Below are positions 39,240 to 47,933 of a stretch of 64,000 nt of DNA, piece by piece. The notes under the pieces were generated by a model. The model saw only the letters and a list, made by a program, of their open reading frames with translations. It was not told where the DNA came from and searched no databases. The first letter of the stretch is position 1; the number at the start of each line of letters is the position of its first letter. A program made the translations under genes and the position numbers. The DNA comes from Ancylomarina sp. (GTDB lineage: Bacteria > Bacteroidota > Bacteroidia > Bacteroidales > Marinifilaceae). The stretch spans positions 383,502 through 447,501 of the forward strand of contig JBLWWJ010000003.1 of NCBI GenBank assembly GCA_048268005.1. Direction: 5' to 3'.

Positions 39240-39341
39240 ATGGAAAATTTTGAAATTCTTAACGCTGAACAATTATTAGAAGTAAAAGGTGGTCATAATG
39301 AACTAACTCAGAAAGATAATGTAGAAGATTGTATCGTTTAA
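39240..39341 (+). CDS. Double-glycine-leader peptide precursor, 33 aa (MENFEILNAEQLLEVKGG / HNELTQKDNVEDCIV)
   Basis: Found by hand translation; it is below the ORF-track cutoff. The leader has GG at -1/-2 and hydrophobic residues at -4, -7, -12 and -15. It is duplicated 133 nt downstream with only synonymous changes after codon 2. Confidence 0.75.
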   Translation: MENFEILNAEQLLEVKGGHNELTQKDNVEDCIV

Positions 39342-39372
39342 TTTTTTTATTAATTTTCCAAAATATACTATT

Positions 39373-39474
39373 ATGAATAATTTCGAGATTCTTAACGCTG
39401 AACAATTATTAGAAGTAAAAGGTGGTCATAATGAACTAACTCAAAAAGATAATGTAGAAGATTGTATCGTTTAG
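39373..39474 (+). CDS. Double-glycine-leader peptide precursor, 33 aa (MNNFEILNAEQLLEVKGG / HNELTQKDNVEDCIV)
   Basis: Second copy. It differs from the first by residue 2, three synonymous codons and the stop codon. Confidence 0.75.
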   Translation: MNNFEILNAEQLLEVKGGHNELTQKDNVEDCIV

Positions 39475-39553
39475 TCACCTACTAAAATAAAGTGGTCAAA
39501 TTCAAAAGCCACGATAACTCTCACAATAAAGTACCATTAGAAAAGATTCCTGA

Positions 39554-40381
39554 ATGGATAAACGTCCGACTTACTGCGAGCTTGAAGAACAGTTAGCAGA
39601 GGCATTACAAAGAGCAGAAGGAGCAGAAGATTTAAAGAATGCTTTCCTTGCGAATATTTCACACGAAATACGCACGCCCATGAATGCTATAATCGGAGCA
39701 TCGGACATCCTGCGAGACGAATCACTCACTAATGACGAACGAAATGAATTTGCTTCTATCCTAAATATTAGCAGCCGTTCACTTCTCGATTTACTCAATC
39801 GAATTATAGATTTATCCCAATTGGATTCAGGCATCATGCAAGTCAATGAATCCGAAATTGATCTGGAAGCGATTATCATTAGATTATTCTCAATCTATGA
39901 TGAAAAAATCAAAGTTCTAGATAAAGACATTACAATTGATTACAAAATCAATTGCCTTAATCCCAATATTATAATTGATGGTGAAAAGCTGGAGAAATCA
40001 ATCAGCTATCTACTGGATAATGCCATTAATTTTACACAATCAGGAAAAATTCAACTCTCTTGTTCCTTACAAGATGATCAGAACCTTGAAATCTTTGTAA
40101 AAGATACAGGTGCAGGAATTAGCGTTTCCCAACAGCAAGCAATCTTTGAAAGATTCAATCAGGTTGATAATTCATATACACGCAAGCAATCTGGTGCGGG
40201 CATCGGTTTGAGTCTGTGCTCACGTTATATAAAATTGATGAACGGTACTCTAAAACTTGATTCTGAATTAGGAAAAGGCTCTACTTTTCATCTATCCATT
40301 CCATGTTACCACAAGTCTGATGAACTTGAAATTGTAGAAACGGCAACAGATATTCAAAACAAGAATACGTTTGTAAAATAG
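39554..40381 (+). CDS. Soluble histidine kinase (coiled-coil + HisKA + HATPase; no TM, sensor or receiver domain)
   Basis: H-box FLANISHEIRTPMNAI, N-box LLDNAINFT, G-boxes DTGAGIS and GAGIGLS. It starts 79 nt after the second peptide gene on the same strand. Confidence 0.9.
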   Translation: MDKRPTYCELEEQLAEALQRAEGAEDLKNAFLANISHEIRTPMNAIIGASDILRDESLTNDERNEFASILNISSRSLLDLLNRIIDLSQLDSGIMQVNESEIDLEAIIIRLFSIYDEKIKVLDKDITIDYKINCLNPNIIIDGEKLEKSISYLLDNAINFTQSGKIQLSCSLQDDQNLEIFVKDTGAGISVSQQQAIFERFNQVDNSYTRKQSGAGIGLSLCSRYIKLMNGTLKLDSELGKGSTFHLSIPCYHKSDELEIVETATDIQNKNTFVK

Positions 40382-40518
40382 TCAATTCAACCAGGTATTC
40401 CCTCTATTCTTTTTTATTAAGAATTGGTTCATTTCCTGAACTGAGATCTTTTATACCATATTTTATCTACATCGAATTTCTTATCTTTAATTTCTAAACG
40501 AGATTAAACTAAGGAAAC

Positions 40519-41211
40519 ATGCCTATTAAGAAGAAACTTGTTGTTCTTTCCGGAGCTGGAATTAGCGCGGAAAGTGGCTTAAGAACCTTTCGTGAAATGG
40601 GAGGTTTATGGGAAGAATATGACGTTATGGAAGTTGCAAGCCCACAAGCCTGGGAAAGAGATCCTGAGCTGGTTACCCGCTTTTATAATGAAAGACGAAA
40701 ACAGCTTATTAAGTGTGAACCCAATAAAGCACATCTGATTTTACATGAGCTAGAAGCCTATTTCGACGTAGAAATCATTACACAAAATGTAGATGACTTA
40801 CATGAAAGAGCGGGAAGTTCAAAGATTATTCATTTACATGGAGAACTTAAAAAAGCAAGAAGTACGGTCGATTCTAACCTTGTTTATGAATTAGATAATT
40901 GGGAATTAACTGCTGACAGTAAATGCGAAAAAGGTTCTCGCTTAAGACCACACATCGTGTGGTTTGGAGAAGCTGTACCCGCCATATCAGAGGCCTCAAA
41001 TATGGTTTCCTCCGCTGATATCCTTGTCATTGTTGGAACATCGATGAATGTATACCCTGCAGCTGGATTAATTGATTACGCCCCCTCTCATTGCCCAATT
41101 TATATTATAGATCCCAATGAAGTTAATATGTCTTCATATGGTAATCGAACTTTTATAAAAGAGAAAGCCAGTGTTGGCATGAAAAAATTATTTGAACTAT
41201 TGGTTTCGTAA
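40519..41211 (+). CDS. cobB: NAD-dependent protein deacylase (Sir2/CobB family)
   Basis: GAGISAESGLRTFR, QNVDDLHERAG, catalytic His in IHLHG, and GTSMNVYPAA. Confidence 0.92.
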   Translation: MPIKKKLVVLSGAGISAESGLRTFREMGGLWEEYDVMEVASPQAWERDPELVTRFYNERRKQLIKCEPNKAHLILHELEAYFDVEIITQNVDDLHERAGSSKIIHLHGELKKARSTVDSNLVYELDNWELTADSKCEKGSRLRPHIVWFGEAVPAISEASNMVSSADILVIVGTSMNVYPAAGLIDYAPSHCPIYIIDPNEVNMSSYGNRTFIKEKASVGMKKLFELLVS

Positions 41212-41224
41212 ACTGAACTATAGT

Positions 41225-41264
41225 AAAAAAGGAGCTGCTCAATAATTTGAACAGCTCCTTTTTA
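41225..41264. terminator. Bidirectional intrinsic terminator between convergent cobB and the PiT gene
   Basis: aaaaggagctg...cagctcctttt hairpin with A/T runs on both sides. Confidence 0.8.
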
Positions 41265-41288
41265 ATCTATTTTAGATCAAACGGAGAA

Positions 41289-43556
41289 TTAATCCAGATC
41301 TTCATCTTCGTTGGAAGTAGCAAAATCACGAGCAGACTTTAAAAGATTTCCTGCATACAATACAAGATTCTTTGTCTCATTTAAAACACCTAAGAATAGA
41401 ACTGAATTACGTGTTCCAACCTTCTCTGCTTTAATTCTCTTAATTTGCTCTTTTCGGAACTTTTTAATTGATTTTAACAAGCCTTCTTGTTCTTCGAGAA
41501 CTGAATCAATATTTCCGGACACATAATTTCTATCATTAATGATGGTATTTATGTGAGTAAAGAACTGAGACAGTTTAGCTTGTATCACATTCAACTCTTC
41601 AATTTGTTCCTGTTCCAAAGCCTTATGGTTGTTATCGATATACTCATAAACAGGTTCAACAATAAAACTAGTGGCATGAGCCATCTCACGAAGGTAATCG
41701 ATTAATTGAACATAGAATGGTCCTGAATATACACTGTCTTCTCTAAGCAGCTTAACCATATCAGGTACCTGATTCTTAATTTTCTTGACTTCAGCATTTA
41801 ACTTATTAACCTTTTTAGAACATTCCTTAAGATTCGTTCGATCTTCATAGGCCAAGCCTGTAATCATTTTACCATAAATGCCTGGAATCTTTGCTGTTAA
41901 TTTAGAAACAGCATAAGTACACTGCTCAGCTGCATCGCCTTTGATAATTAATGAATCATCATCACTAGTATCACTTGTTTCATTTTTGCGTTTATGAATC
42001 ATATGTGAACGAACAACGAAGAAAATAGCAAGCGCTAATAGTCCGAAGATGGCAAAACCACCAAACCAGTTAATCAGATTTGCAAATATAAAGGCTGCTG
42101 TAAAAGCACTAAATGCAGTAAAGAACCAACCACCTATTACGGTAATCACACCTGTAATACGATAAACAGCAGAATCACGCCCCCAGGCTCTATCCGCCAG
42201 GGAAGTACCCATGGCAACCATAAAAGTAACATAGGTCGTGGATAAAGGTAATTTTAATGAGGTACCTATTGCAATCAAAATACTAGCTACCGTTAGATTT
42301 ACAGAAGCACGAATCATATCAAAAGCCGGCTTGTCTTTAAGTTCGATAGTAGCATCAGCAGCAGGTTGCTCAAAGCTCTGTGCCAAACTATTCAGAATCC
42401 TTTCAGGTAAAAACTTCTTTAAACGGCTATTAGCCGATAAAGATCGACGAACAATAAGACGTCCGAAATATGAAGAACCAAAGCGCTCATCGCCCTCATT
42501 TTGATTACTTAAACTCAATTCAGTCTCAGTAACTGTTCTTGCTTTTTTCGAAAACCAAAGTGTAACAGTCATAACAATACCAGCAATCAAAAGAAGATAT
42601 GTTTCCGTTTGTACCTTACCTGATAGCATTTCCATTGTTAAGCCATATGGATCGCTAGCTCCGCTGGCAACAAAAGCCTGGAACGATTTAAATCCTGCCA
42701 ATGGAACACCAATAAAGTTAACTAAGTCGTTACCGGCAAAAGCCATGGCCAAGGCAAAAGTACCTATAAGTACAATTACTTTAAGGATATTTAACCGAAC
42801 CATCCAAACTAATAACTGCAGAATAACCGTCCATCCAACAAAACAAGAAGCTAAGATGGTAAACGTATTGGATTTAATCCAAATAAGCGCCTCTTTGGAT
42901 ATAAATGAAGATCCCTTTGCGCCCTTAATCAGAATAAAGTAAGTAATGGCCGTAATAGCAAAACCACCAAAAATAGCCCCAAAATATTTAAATCTTTTAT
43001 CGTATTTATAGGTGAAAATAATACGTGTAACATACTGAACCAAAGCTCCGGCCGAGAAGGCTATAACCACACTCAGAAGTATACCTGTTATAATGGCAAG
43101 AGCTTTAGCAGAATTGATATAATTCCCTAATTCTAACAGAGTTTGATCTGAATTCATAATCTTAACAATAGCAACTGCAACGGCAGCTCCTAACAATTCA
43201 AACACAATTGAAACTGTTGTAGAAGTTGGTAGGCCTATCGTATTATAGAAATCTAACAGAATGATGTCCGTTAACATAACGGCCACAAAGATGATCATGA
43301 TTTCTGCGAAATAGAATTGATCTGGGTGAAAAATACCCTTTCGAGCCACTTCCATCATACCGCTAGAAAAGGTTGCTCCAACAAGAATACCCAAACTGGC
43401 AATTATCATGATGGCCCAGCGTGGGGCCGCCTTAGATCCAAATGCAGAATTCAGGAAATTTACCGCATCATTACTCACCCCAACAATTAGGTCGGAAATT
43501 GCTAGTGCAAAAAGCACAACGACAATAATCAAATAAAAATTATCCATGTTTTTCAA
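41289..43556 (-). CDS. Inorganic phosphate transporter (PiT/PHO4 family) with a long C-terminal cytoplasmic helical domain
   Basis: GVSNDAVNFLNSAFGS and AGNDLVNFIGVP PiT signature repeats, and more than 10 TM helices. Confidence 0.9.
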   Translation of the reverse strand: MKNMDNFYLIIVVVLFALAISDLIVGVSNDAVNFLNSAFGSKAAPRWAIMIIASLGILVGATFSSGMMEVARKGIFHPDQFYFAEIMIIFVAVMLTDIILLDFYNTIGLPTSTTVSIVFELLGAAVAVAIVKIMNSDQTLLELGNYINSAKALAIITGILLSVVIAFSAGALVQYVTRIIFTYKYDKRFKYFGAIFGGFAITAITYFILIKGAKGSSFISKEALIWIKSNTFTILASCFVGWTVILQLLVWMVRLNILKVIVLIGTFALAMAFAGNDLVNFIGVPLAGFKSFQAFVASGASDPYGLTMEMLSGKVQTETYLLLIAGIVMTVTLWFSKKARTVTETELSLSNQNEGDERFGSSYFGRLIVRRSLSANSRLKKFLPERILNSLAQSFEQPAADATIELKDKPAFDMIRASVNLTVASILIAIGTSLKLPLSTTYVTFMVAMGTSLADRAWGRDSAVYRITGVITVIGGWFFTAFSAFTAAFIFANLINWFGGFAIFGLLALAIFFVVRSHMIHKRKNETSDTSDDDSLIIKGDAAEQCTYAVSKLTAKIPGIYGKMITGLAYEDRTNLKECSKKVNKLNAEVKKIKNQVPDMVKLLREDSVYSGPFYVQLIDYLREMAHATSFIVEPVYEYIDNNHKALEQEQIEELNVIQAKLSQFFTHINTIINDRNYVSGNIDSVLEEQEGLLKSIKKFRKEQIKRIKAEKVGTRNSVLFLGVLNETKNLVLYAGNLLKSARDFATSNEDEDLD

Positions 43557-43676
43557 TTTGTAAGTTCAAAGGCAAATCTACAAACAGGTAAAACGAGCGA
43601 TGTTTCCTCAATCTTACTTTTGTGTTAACTTAAGGTTAAGGAGTGGATAAGTATTTATTATATTGACAATTAGAGG

Positions 43677-44090
43677 TTACTTTAAGATCCAATCAATAGC
43701 TGCTTGATCTGTACTAAAAGGAGCCGAAGTATAGCCTTTATCTTTTGTTTTGAATAAGATGGGAACAACAACATCATTGGGATTTACAGATATTAATCCA
43801 ATTTTAGTTCCTATGAATATATCGATATGCTCTTTATAAAAGTTTGCTATATCTAGAAATCTATCAGGTTTAAAATCAAAAGTAGATTTCCTAAAATCAA
43901 GAATAAATCCCTTTATATCCTTGGGTATAATATTATTTTCAAAAGCATGTTCCCAGGACGAAAAAATATCTTCCAGGGAAATTGGTCCGTAATAATGCTT
44001 ATAAAGAATATTTAAATCTGAATTTAGTTCATATTTATAAAAGTCCTTCATCAATGTTTTGGGGTTAATCATTAGGTTACAAGCTCCCAA
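43677..44090 (-). CDS. Hypothetical protein (137 aa)
   Basis: ORF only. The start is uncertain (internal Met codons at residues 7 and 14). Confidence 0.5.
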   Translation of the reverse strand: MGACNLMINPKTLMKDFYKYELNSDLNILYKHYYGPISLEDIFSSWEHAFENNIIPKDIKGFILDFRKSTFDFKPDRFLDIANFYKEHIDIFIGTKIGLISVNPNDVVVPILFKTKDKGYTSAPFSTDQAAIDWILK

Positions 44091-44094
44091 TAAA

Positions 44095-44135
44095 CGAAAA
44101 AAAGCTCATAATAAATACAATTATTATGAGCTTTT
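44095..44135 (-). terminator. Intrinsic terminator after the MGS-like gene
   Basis: aaagctcataataa...ttattatgagcttt hairpin plus a U-run on the minus strand. Confidence 0.8.
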
Positions 44136-44156
44136 TAAATTTCATTTTAACTTTAA

Positions 44157-44543
44157 TTAAACTTCCTTATCTTTTTCTGATTTATTAAGTTCTACTAAGA
44201 AATCGGCAGTTGCTAAATTCAAGGCAATTGGCACATTATTAAGAACAGCAGTTCTAATTAAAGTCTGGATATCGTGCTCATGACCATGAGGCGTTTCAGC
44301 ATCAATCAAAAAGATAACTTCATCTACTTTACCCTCTAAAATCTGAGCTGCCAAAAGAATATCTCCTCCATTGGGTCCATGTCCAAACCCTTCAACCTCA
44401 AGATCTAAAACAGAATTCAATAATTTTGAGGTATTTGTGGTTCCAATTAACTTATGTTTTTTTAACTCATCCATATGGCGCTTCACCCAGGCCAACATTT
44501 CACTCTTCTTCTGGTTATGTGCTACTAAAGCAATTCTTTTCAT
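44157..44543 (-). CDS. Methylglyoxal synthase-like (MGS-like domain) protein
   Basis: Aligns by eye with E. coli MgsA (IALVAH.., GPNGGD, PHGHEHD, ATADFLV), but several active-site-region positions differ. Confidence 0.7.
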   Translation of the reverse strand: MKRIALVAHNQKKSEMLAWVKRHMDELKKHKLIGTTNTSKLLNSVLDLEVEGFGHGPNGGDILLAAQILEGKVDEVIFLIDAETPHGHEHDIQTLIRTAVLNNVPIALNLATADFLVELNKSEKDKEV

Positions 44544-44772
44544 ACTATGTCTTATTTATTTTTGAGTATCAGAATAAATAGATTCAATATCGCAAACTCA
44601 TCTACCTATTTGAAAAAGTTATTATCAAAATAATAGTCACCCAAAAATAACCAGAATCTGCGTAAAAACAGATATCCCTTTGTTAAATTAAGATTATTAT
44701 AGCTTTGGTGTTTAGCTAAATCTTATATATTTGTTAGTAATTTGATTTGCATTATATTAAATTTGCATCCAT

Positions 44773-45183
44773 ATGAATACAAGATATAAAATCCTATTAA
44801 TAACATTCCTAAGTCTGGCTATTGGGATAAGTGCCTGTAAAGAAGAAAAGAAAACGCTAAAGAACCCAAAAACAAGCAAAAAAATTGTAAAGGTTAAACC
44901 TGTTCAGAAGAAAATAGAAAAAGAAGTTCCTGAAACGATTCTGAACAAAGCAGTTCATAAATATTTCTTAGTTGTTGCTAGTTTTAAAAATCAGGCAAAT
45001 GCCGAAAAAATGAAATCTAAACTTATAAGTGAAGGTTATGATTCAAAAATAATTCTTTCCAAGAATCATTTTTATAGAGTTTCGTACAAAGGATTTGTGA
45101 ACAAAAAAGAAGCATTCAATGAACTTAAACGAGCACGTTCTACAGAAGAACGAAAAGACGTTTGGTTGCATATAAAGCATTAA
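44773..45183 (+). CDS. SPOR-domain lipoprotein
   Basis: Lipobox IGISAC, Lys-rich linker, and a C-terminal SPOR-like fold (YFLVVASFKNQANAEKMKSKL...YRVSYKGF). Confidence 0.8.
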   Translation: MNTRYKILLITFLSLAIGISACKEEKKTLKNPKTSKKIVKVKPVQKKIEKEVPETILNKAVHKYFLVVASFKNQANAEKMKSKLISEGYDSKIILSKNHFYRVSYKGFVNKKEAFNELKRARSTEERKDVWLHIKH

Positions 45184-45197
45184 CTATATTTGATTCT

Positions 45198-45617
45198 ATG
45201 AAGTCGTTTAAATACAGCTTAATTTCATTTGTATTAATCCTATCAGCTTGCAGTAATAAAGAACTGACAAAACTTGATGGAACTAATATTGTTGAGCATG
45301 CGGCAAATAGAAAAATACCCCAAGCTCCATCGGCAGAAAGTCAGCAATTATCAAAAAAGTTTTCCCTAACTCAAATTCTTGAAAACAGAGCTTTATTTAA
45401 CTACCATATTATTGGTGGAAGCAGTAAGAAAAAAAACACAGCTCTAAATTTAAGCCAGCAACTTTATAAAAAGGGATACCCATGTAGAGTAATAGAAACA
45501 AATGGTAAATACAGAGTTGTTATCCAATCTTTTGCTGATAAGAAAATAGCTGTTCGGGAACTAAAAAGACTAAAGAAACTAAATCACAAACCAGATTTGT
45601 GGATTTTAAAACAATAA
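45198..45617 (+). CDS. SPOR-domain lipoprotein
   Basis: Preferred start is MKSFKYSLISFVLILSAC (lipobox). C-terminal SPOR-like segment is YHIIGGSSKKKNTALNLSQQL...YRVVIQSF. Confidence 0.8.
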   Translation: MKSFKYSLISFVLILSACSNKELTKLDGTNIVEHAANRKIPQAPSAESQQLSKKFSLTQILENRALFNYHIIGGSSKKKNTALNLSQQLYKKGYPCRVIETNGKYRVVIQSFADKKIAVRELKRLKKLNHKPDLWILKQ

Positions 45618-45645
45618 AAAAGAGCTCACATGAGCTCTTTTTTTA
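45616..45645. terminator. Bidirectional intrinsic terminator
   Basis: aaaagagctcacatgagctctttt palindrome between convergent genes. Confidence 0.8.
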
Positions 45646-45675
45646 TGCTTTGATCTATAAATAATTATGTCCTAA

Positions 45676-46287
45676 TTAAAACAAAAAGGTTCCACAGACT
45701 ACTGCGAATCCCAATAGGAAACCTACATAAATTTGAGTTGGCTTGTGTGCTTCTAACTTTAAGCGAGAAAAAGCTAAACATCCTGCGGCCAATATTGCCA
45801 TCATAAACATAGTACGTAATGAAGTCGAAAAACGAATGGAGAATGTAAAGATTAAAGCACATAAACCACCAATACCTGCCATATGCAGACTTATCTTCCA
45901 CCAGTAAGAGATTATCAACAGTAAAGTCAAACTAATGATTCCTGCAAGCTGTAAACGTGCGAATATATTTGTTCCAGGTAGCTTTAACAATAGGTAAAAT
46001 CCCAAACTATAGGATAGAATTGCCAAAGCCAAGGGAATCATTCTATCCTTACGCTCTGTCAAACTATAACTACTGATTAATGAATACGATTTTAACAGAG
46101 GCAAACAACTCACTGGCAGCAATATGGTCGTAATAAATACAATCATATAAATAGCTTTTACCAGAGTGAATGGCGTAAAATCGAGAAAGGTATTGGAATG
46201 AAAAATTAAATATATGGCATACAAGGGCATTAGCATAGGATGGGCAAGCCCTGATACTATTCTGGGATAATTCATTGAATTCAACAA
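45676..46287 (-). CDS. Integral membrane protein, PAP2-phosphatase-like
   Basis: Six predicted TM helices. It has an SLHMAG motif and SRLKLEAHKPTQ, which resembles the PAP2 C3 motif SRxxxxxHxxxD with D replaced by Q. Confidence 0.55.
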   Translation of the reverse strand: MLNSMNYPRIVSGLAHPMLMPLYAIYLIFHSNTFLDFTPFTLVKAIYMIVFITTILLPVSCLPLLKSYSLISSYSLTERKDRMIPLALAILSYSLGFYLLLKLPGTNIFARLQLAGIISLTLLLIISYWWKISLHMAGIGGLCALIFTFSIRFSTSLRTMFMMAILAAGCLAFSRLKLEAHKPTQIYVGFLLGFAVVCGTFLF

Positions 46288-46290
46288 TTT

Positions 46291-47745
46291 TTAAAGTTCT
46301 TTTCTTAATCGGGCAACAGGAATATTCAATTGTTCTCGATATTTAGCCACTGTTCTTCGAGCAATAACGTATGATTTCTCTTTCAGTATTGCAGCTAATT
46401 TATCATCGGTCAATGGTTTTTTCTTGTCCTCATTATCAACACACTCTTTTAGGATGTTCTTAATTTCACGCGTAGAAACTTCTTCACCTGTATCGGTTTG
46501 CAATCCTTCAGAAAAGAAATATTTCAATGAAAAAATACCAAAATGAGTTTGAATGTATTTCGAATTGGAAACACGTGAGATTGTAGAGATATCCAAAGAA
46601 GTTAACTCTGAAATATCCTTCAAAATCATCGGTTTTAATTTCTTTTCATCGCCTTCAAGAAAATACTCGTGCTGAAAATCAATAATAGCTTTCATACTTA
46701 ACATGAGTGTATTCTGACGTTGACGAATCGCATCAATAAACCATTTGGCTGAATCCAGTTTTTGCTTAACAAACATAACCGCATCTTTCTGCTCTTTCGA
46801 TTGATTTTCCTTATTATTAGAATAATCATTAAGCATATCGGCATAAGATCGACTGATATGTAAATCAGGAACATTACGCGAGTTTAAACTCAAGTTTAAT
46901 TCCCCATCTTGCTCTTCTAGAATAAAGTCAGGAATAATGGTTGGTGATGGCTTTGACATTGGATTTACAAAAGCTCCTCCTGGTTTAGGATTTAACTTTA
47001 AAATCTCATCTACAGCATATTTAAAATCTTCATCATCCAAATTCAATCGTTTCTGAATTTTCTCATAATGTTTACGAGTAAATTCATCAAAATATTTCTT
47101 TAGAATGATATGTGCATTTTTTACATCCGGGTTATGAGATCCCTTACGCTTAATCTGCAAAAGCAGACACTCCTGAAGATCACGTGCACCAATACCAGCC
47201 GGGTCGAAATCCTGAATCACATGCAGCAATTCTACCAATTCTTCAAATGTCGTATTTATACCTGTCGAGAATGCAAGATCATCAACAATACTATCGATAT
47301 CACGTCGCAAGTAACCATCTTCATCAATATTACCAATCAGATATTCAGCTAATGCAGCCTTTTCGGGAGTAAGAATCCTTAAACCCAATTGGGTAATTAA
47401 TTGCTCATGAAAAGTCGTTCCTCCTGAGAAAGGAATATCCTCGTGCTTATCATCCTTAGAGTAATTTTGTGCAGCCAGTTTGTAGGAAGGGGTATCGTCA
47501 TCGTCTATATAGTCTTCCAATGAAAATTCTTCCTGGTCTTTATCTTTTATTTCGTTATCGTCTTCCTGGTAATCATCCTGAATGGTTTCTTCACTACCTC
47601 CTTCATCAAGAACAGGATTTTCTTCCAACTCTTTTTTGATTCTTTCTTCAAGTTGCAGAGTAGGAAGCTCCAATAGTTTAATCACCTGAATTTGTTGAGG
47701 TGATAACTTTTGCAATAATTTTTGTTGTAGGCTCTGCTTAAGCAT
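46291..47745 (-). CDS. rpoN: RNA polymerase sigma-54 factor
   Basis: N-terminal Gln/Leu-rich region I (MLKQSLQQKLLQKLSPQQIQ), acidic region II, and the C-terminal RpoN box ARRTVAKYREQLNIP. Confidence 0.95.
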   Translation of the reverse strand: MLKQSLQQKLLQKLSPQQIQVIKLLELPTLQLEERIKKELEENPVLDEGGSEETIQDDYQEDDNEIKDKDQEEFSLEDYIDDDDTPSYKLAAQNYSKDDKHEDIPFSGGTTFHEQLITQLGLRILTPEKAALAEYLIGNIDEDGYLRRDIDSIVDDLAFSTGINTTFEELVELLHVIQDFDPAGIGARDLQECLLLQIKRKGSHNPDVKNAHIILKKYFDEFTRKHYEKIQKRLNLDDEDFKYAVDEILKLNPKPGGAFVNPMSKPSPTIIPDFILEEQDGELNLSLNSRNVPDLHISRSYADMLNDYSNNKENQSKEQKDAVMFVKQKLDSAKWFIDAIRQRQNTLMLSMKAIIDFQHEYFLEGDEKKLKPMILKDISELTSLDISTISRVSNSKYIQTHFGIFSLKYFFSEGLQTDTGEEVSTREIKNILKECVDNEDKKKPLTDDKLAAILKEKSYVIARRTVAKYREQLNIPVARLRKEL

Positions 47746-47933
47746 ATAGTTTTATAGACTAATAGTTGTGAGAAATAGATTAGCAATGATTCATAAAATC
47801 ATCCGCATCTCTTTAAACAATTAAAGTGCCAAAAAACCTAATTGTCAAATTCCAAGGCTAAATATAGTTAGAAGAATGCAATCGACACAACCCGAGTATT
47901 GAATTGTTCTATCAATTTCACGCTTATTAACAC

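Noticed and set aside
39327-39341. C-terminal ...DCIV of the peptides as a CaaX-type prenylation box.
   Set aside because: Only two residues follow the Cys, whereas CaaX needs three. No prenyltransferase or CaaX-protease gene is nearby.
39240-39474. The 133-nt-period direct repeat could be mistaken for a mini CRISPR or other non-coding repeat.
   Set aside because: There are only two units. Each is a complete ATG-to-stop ORF with a textbook GG leader, and the differences are synonymous. No cas genes or spacer-like unique segments are present.
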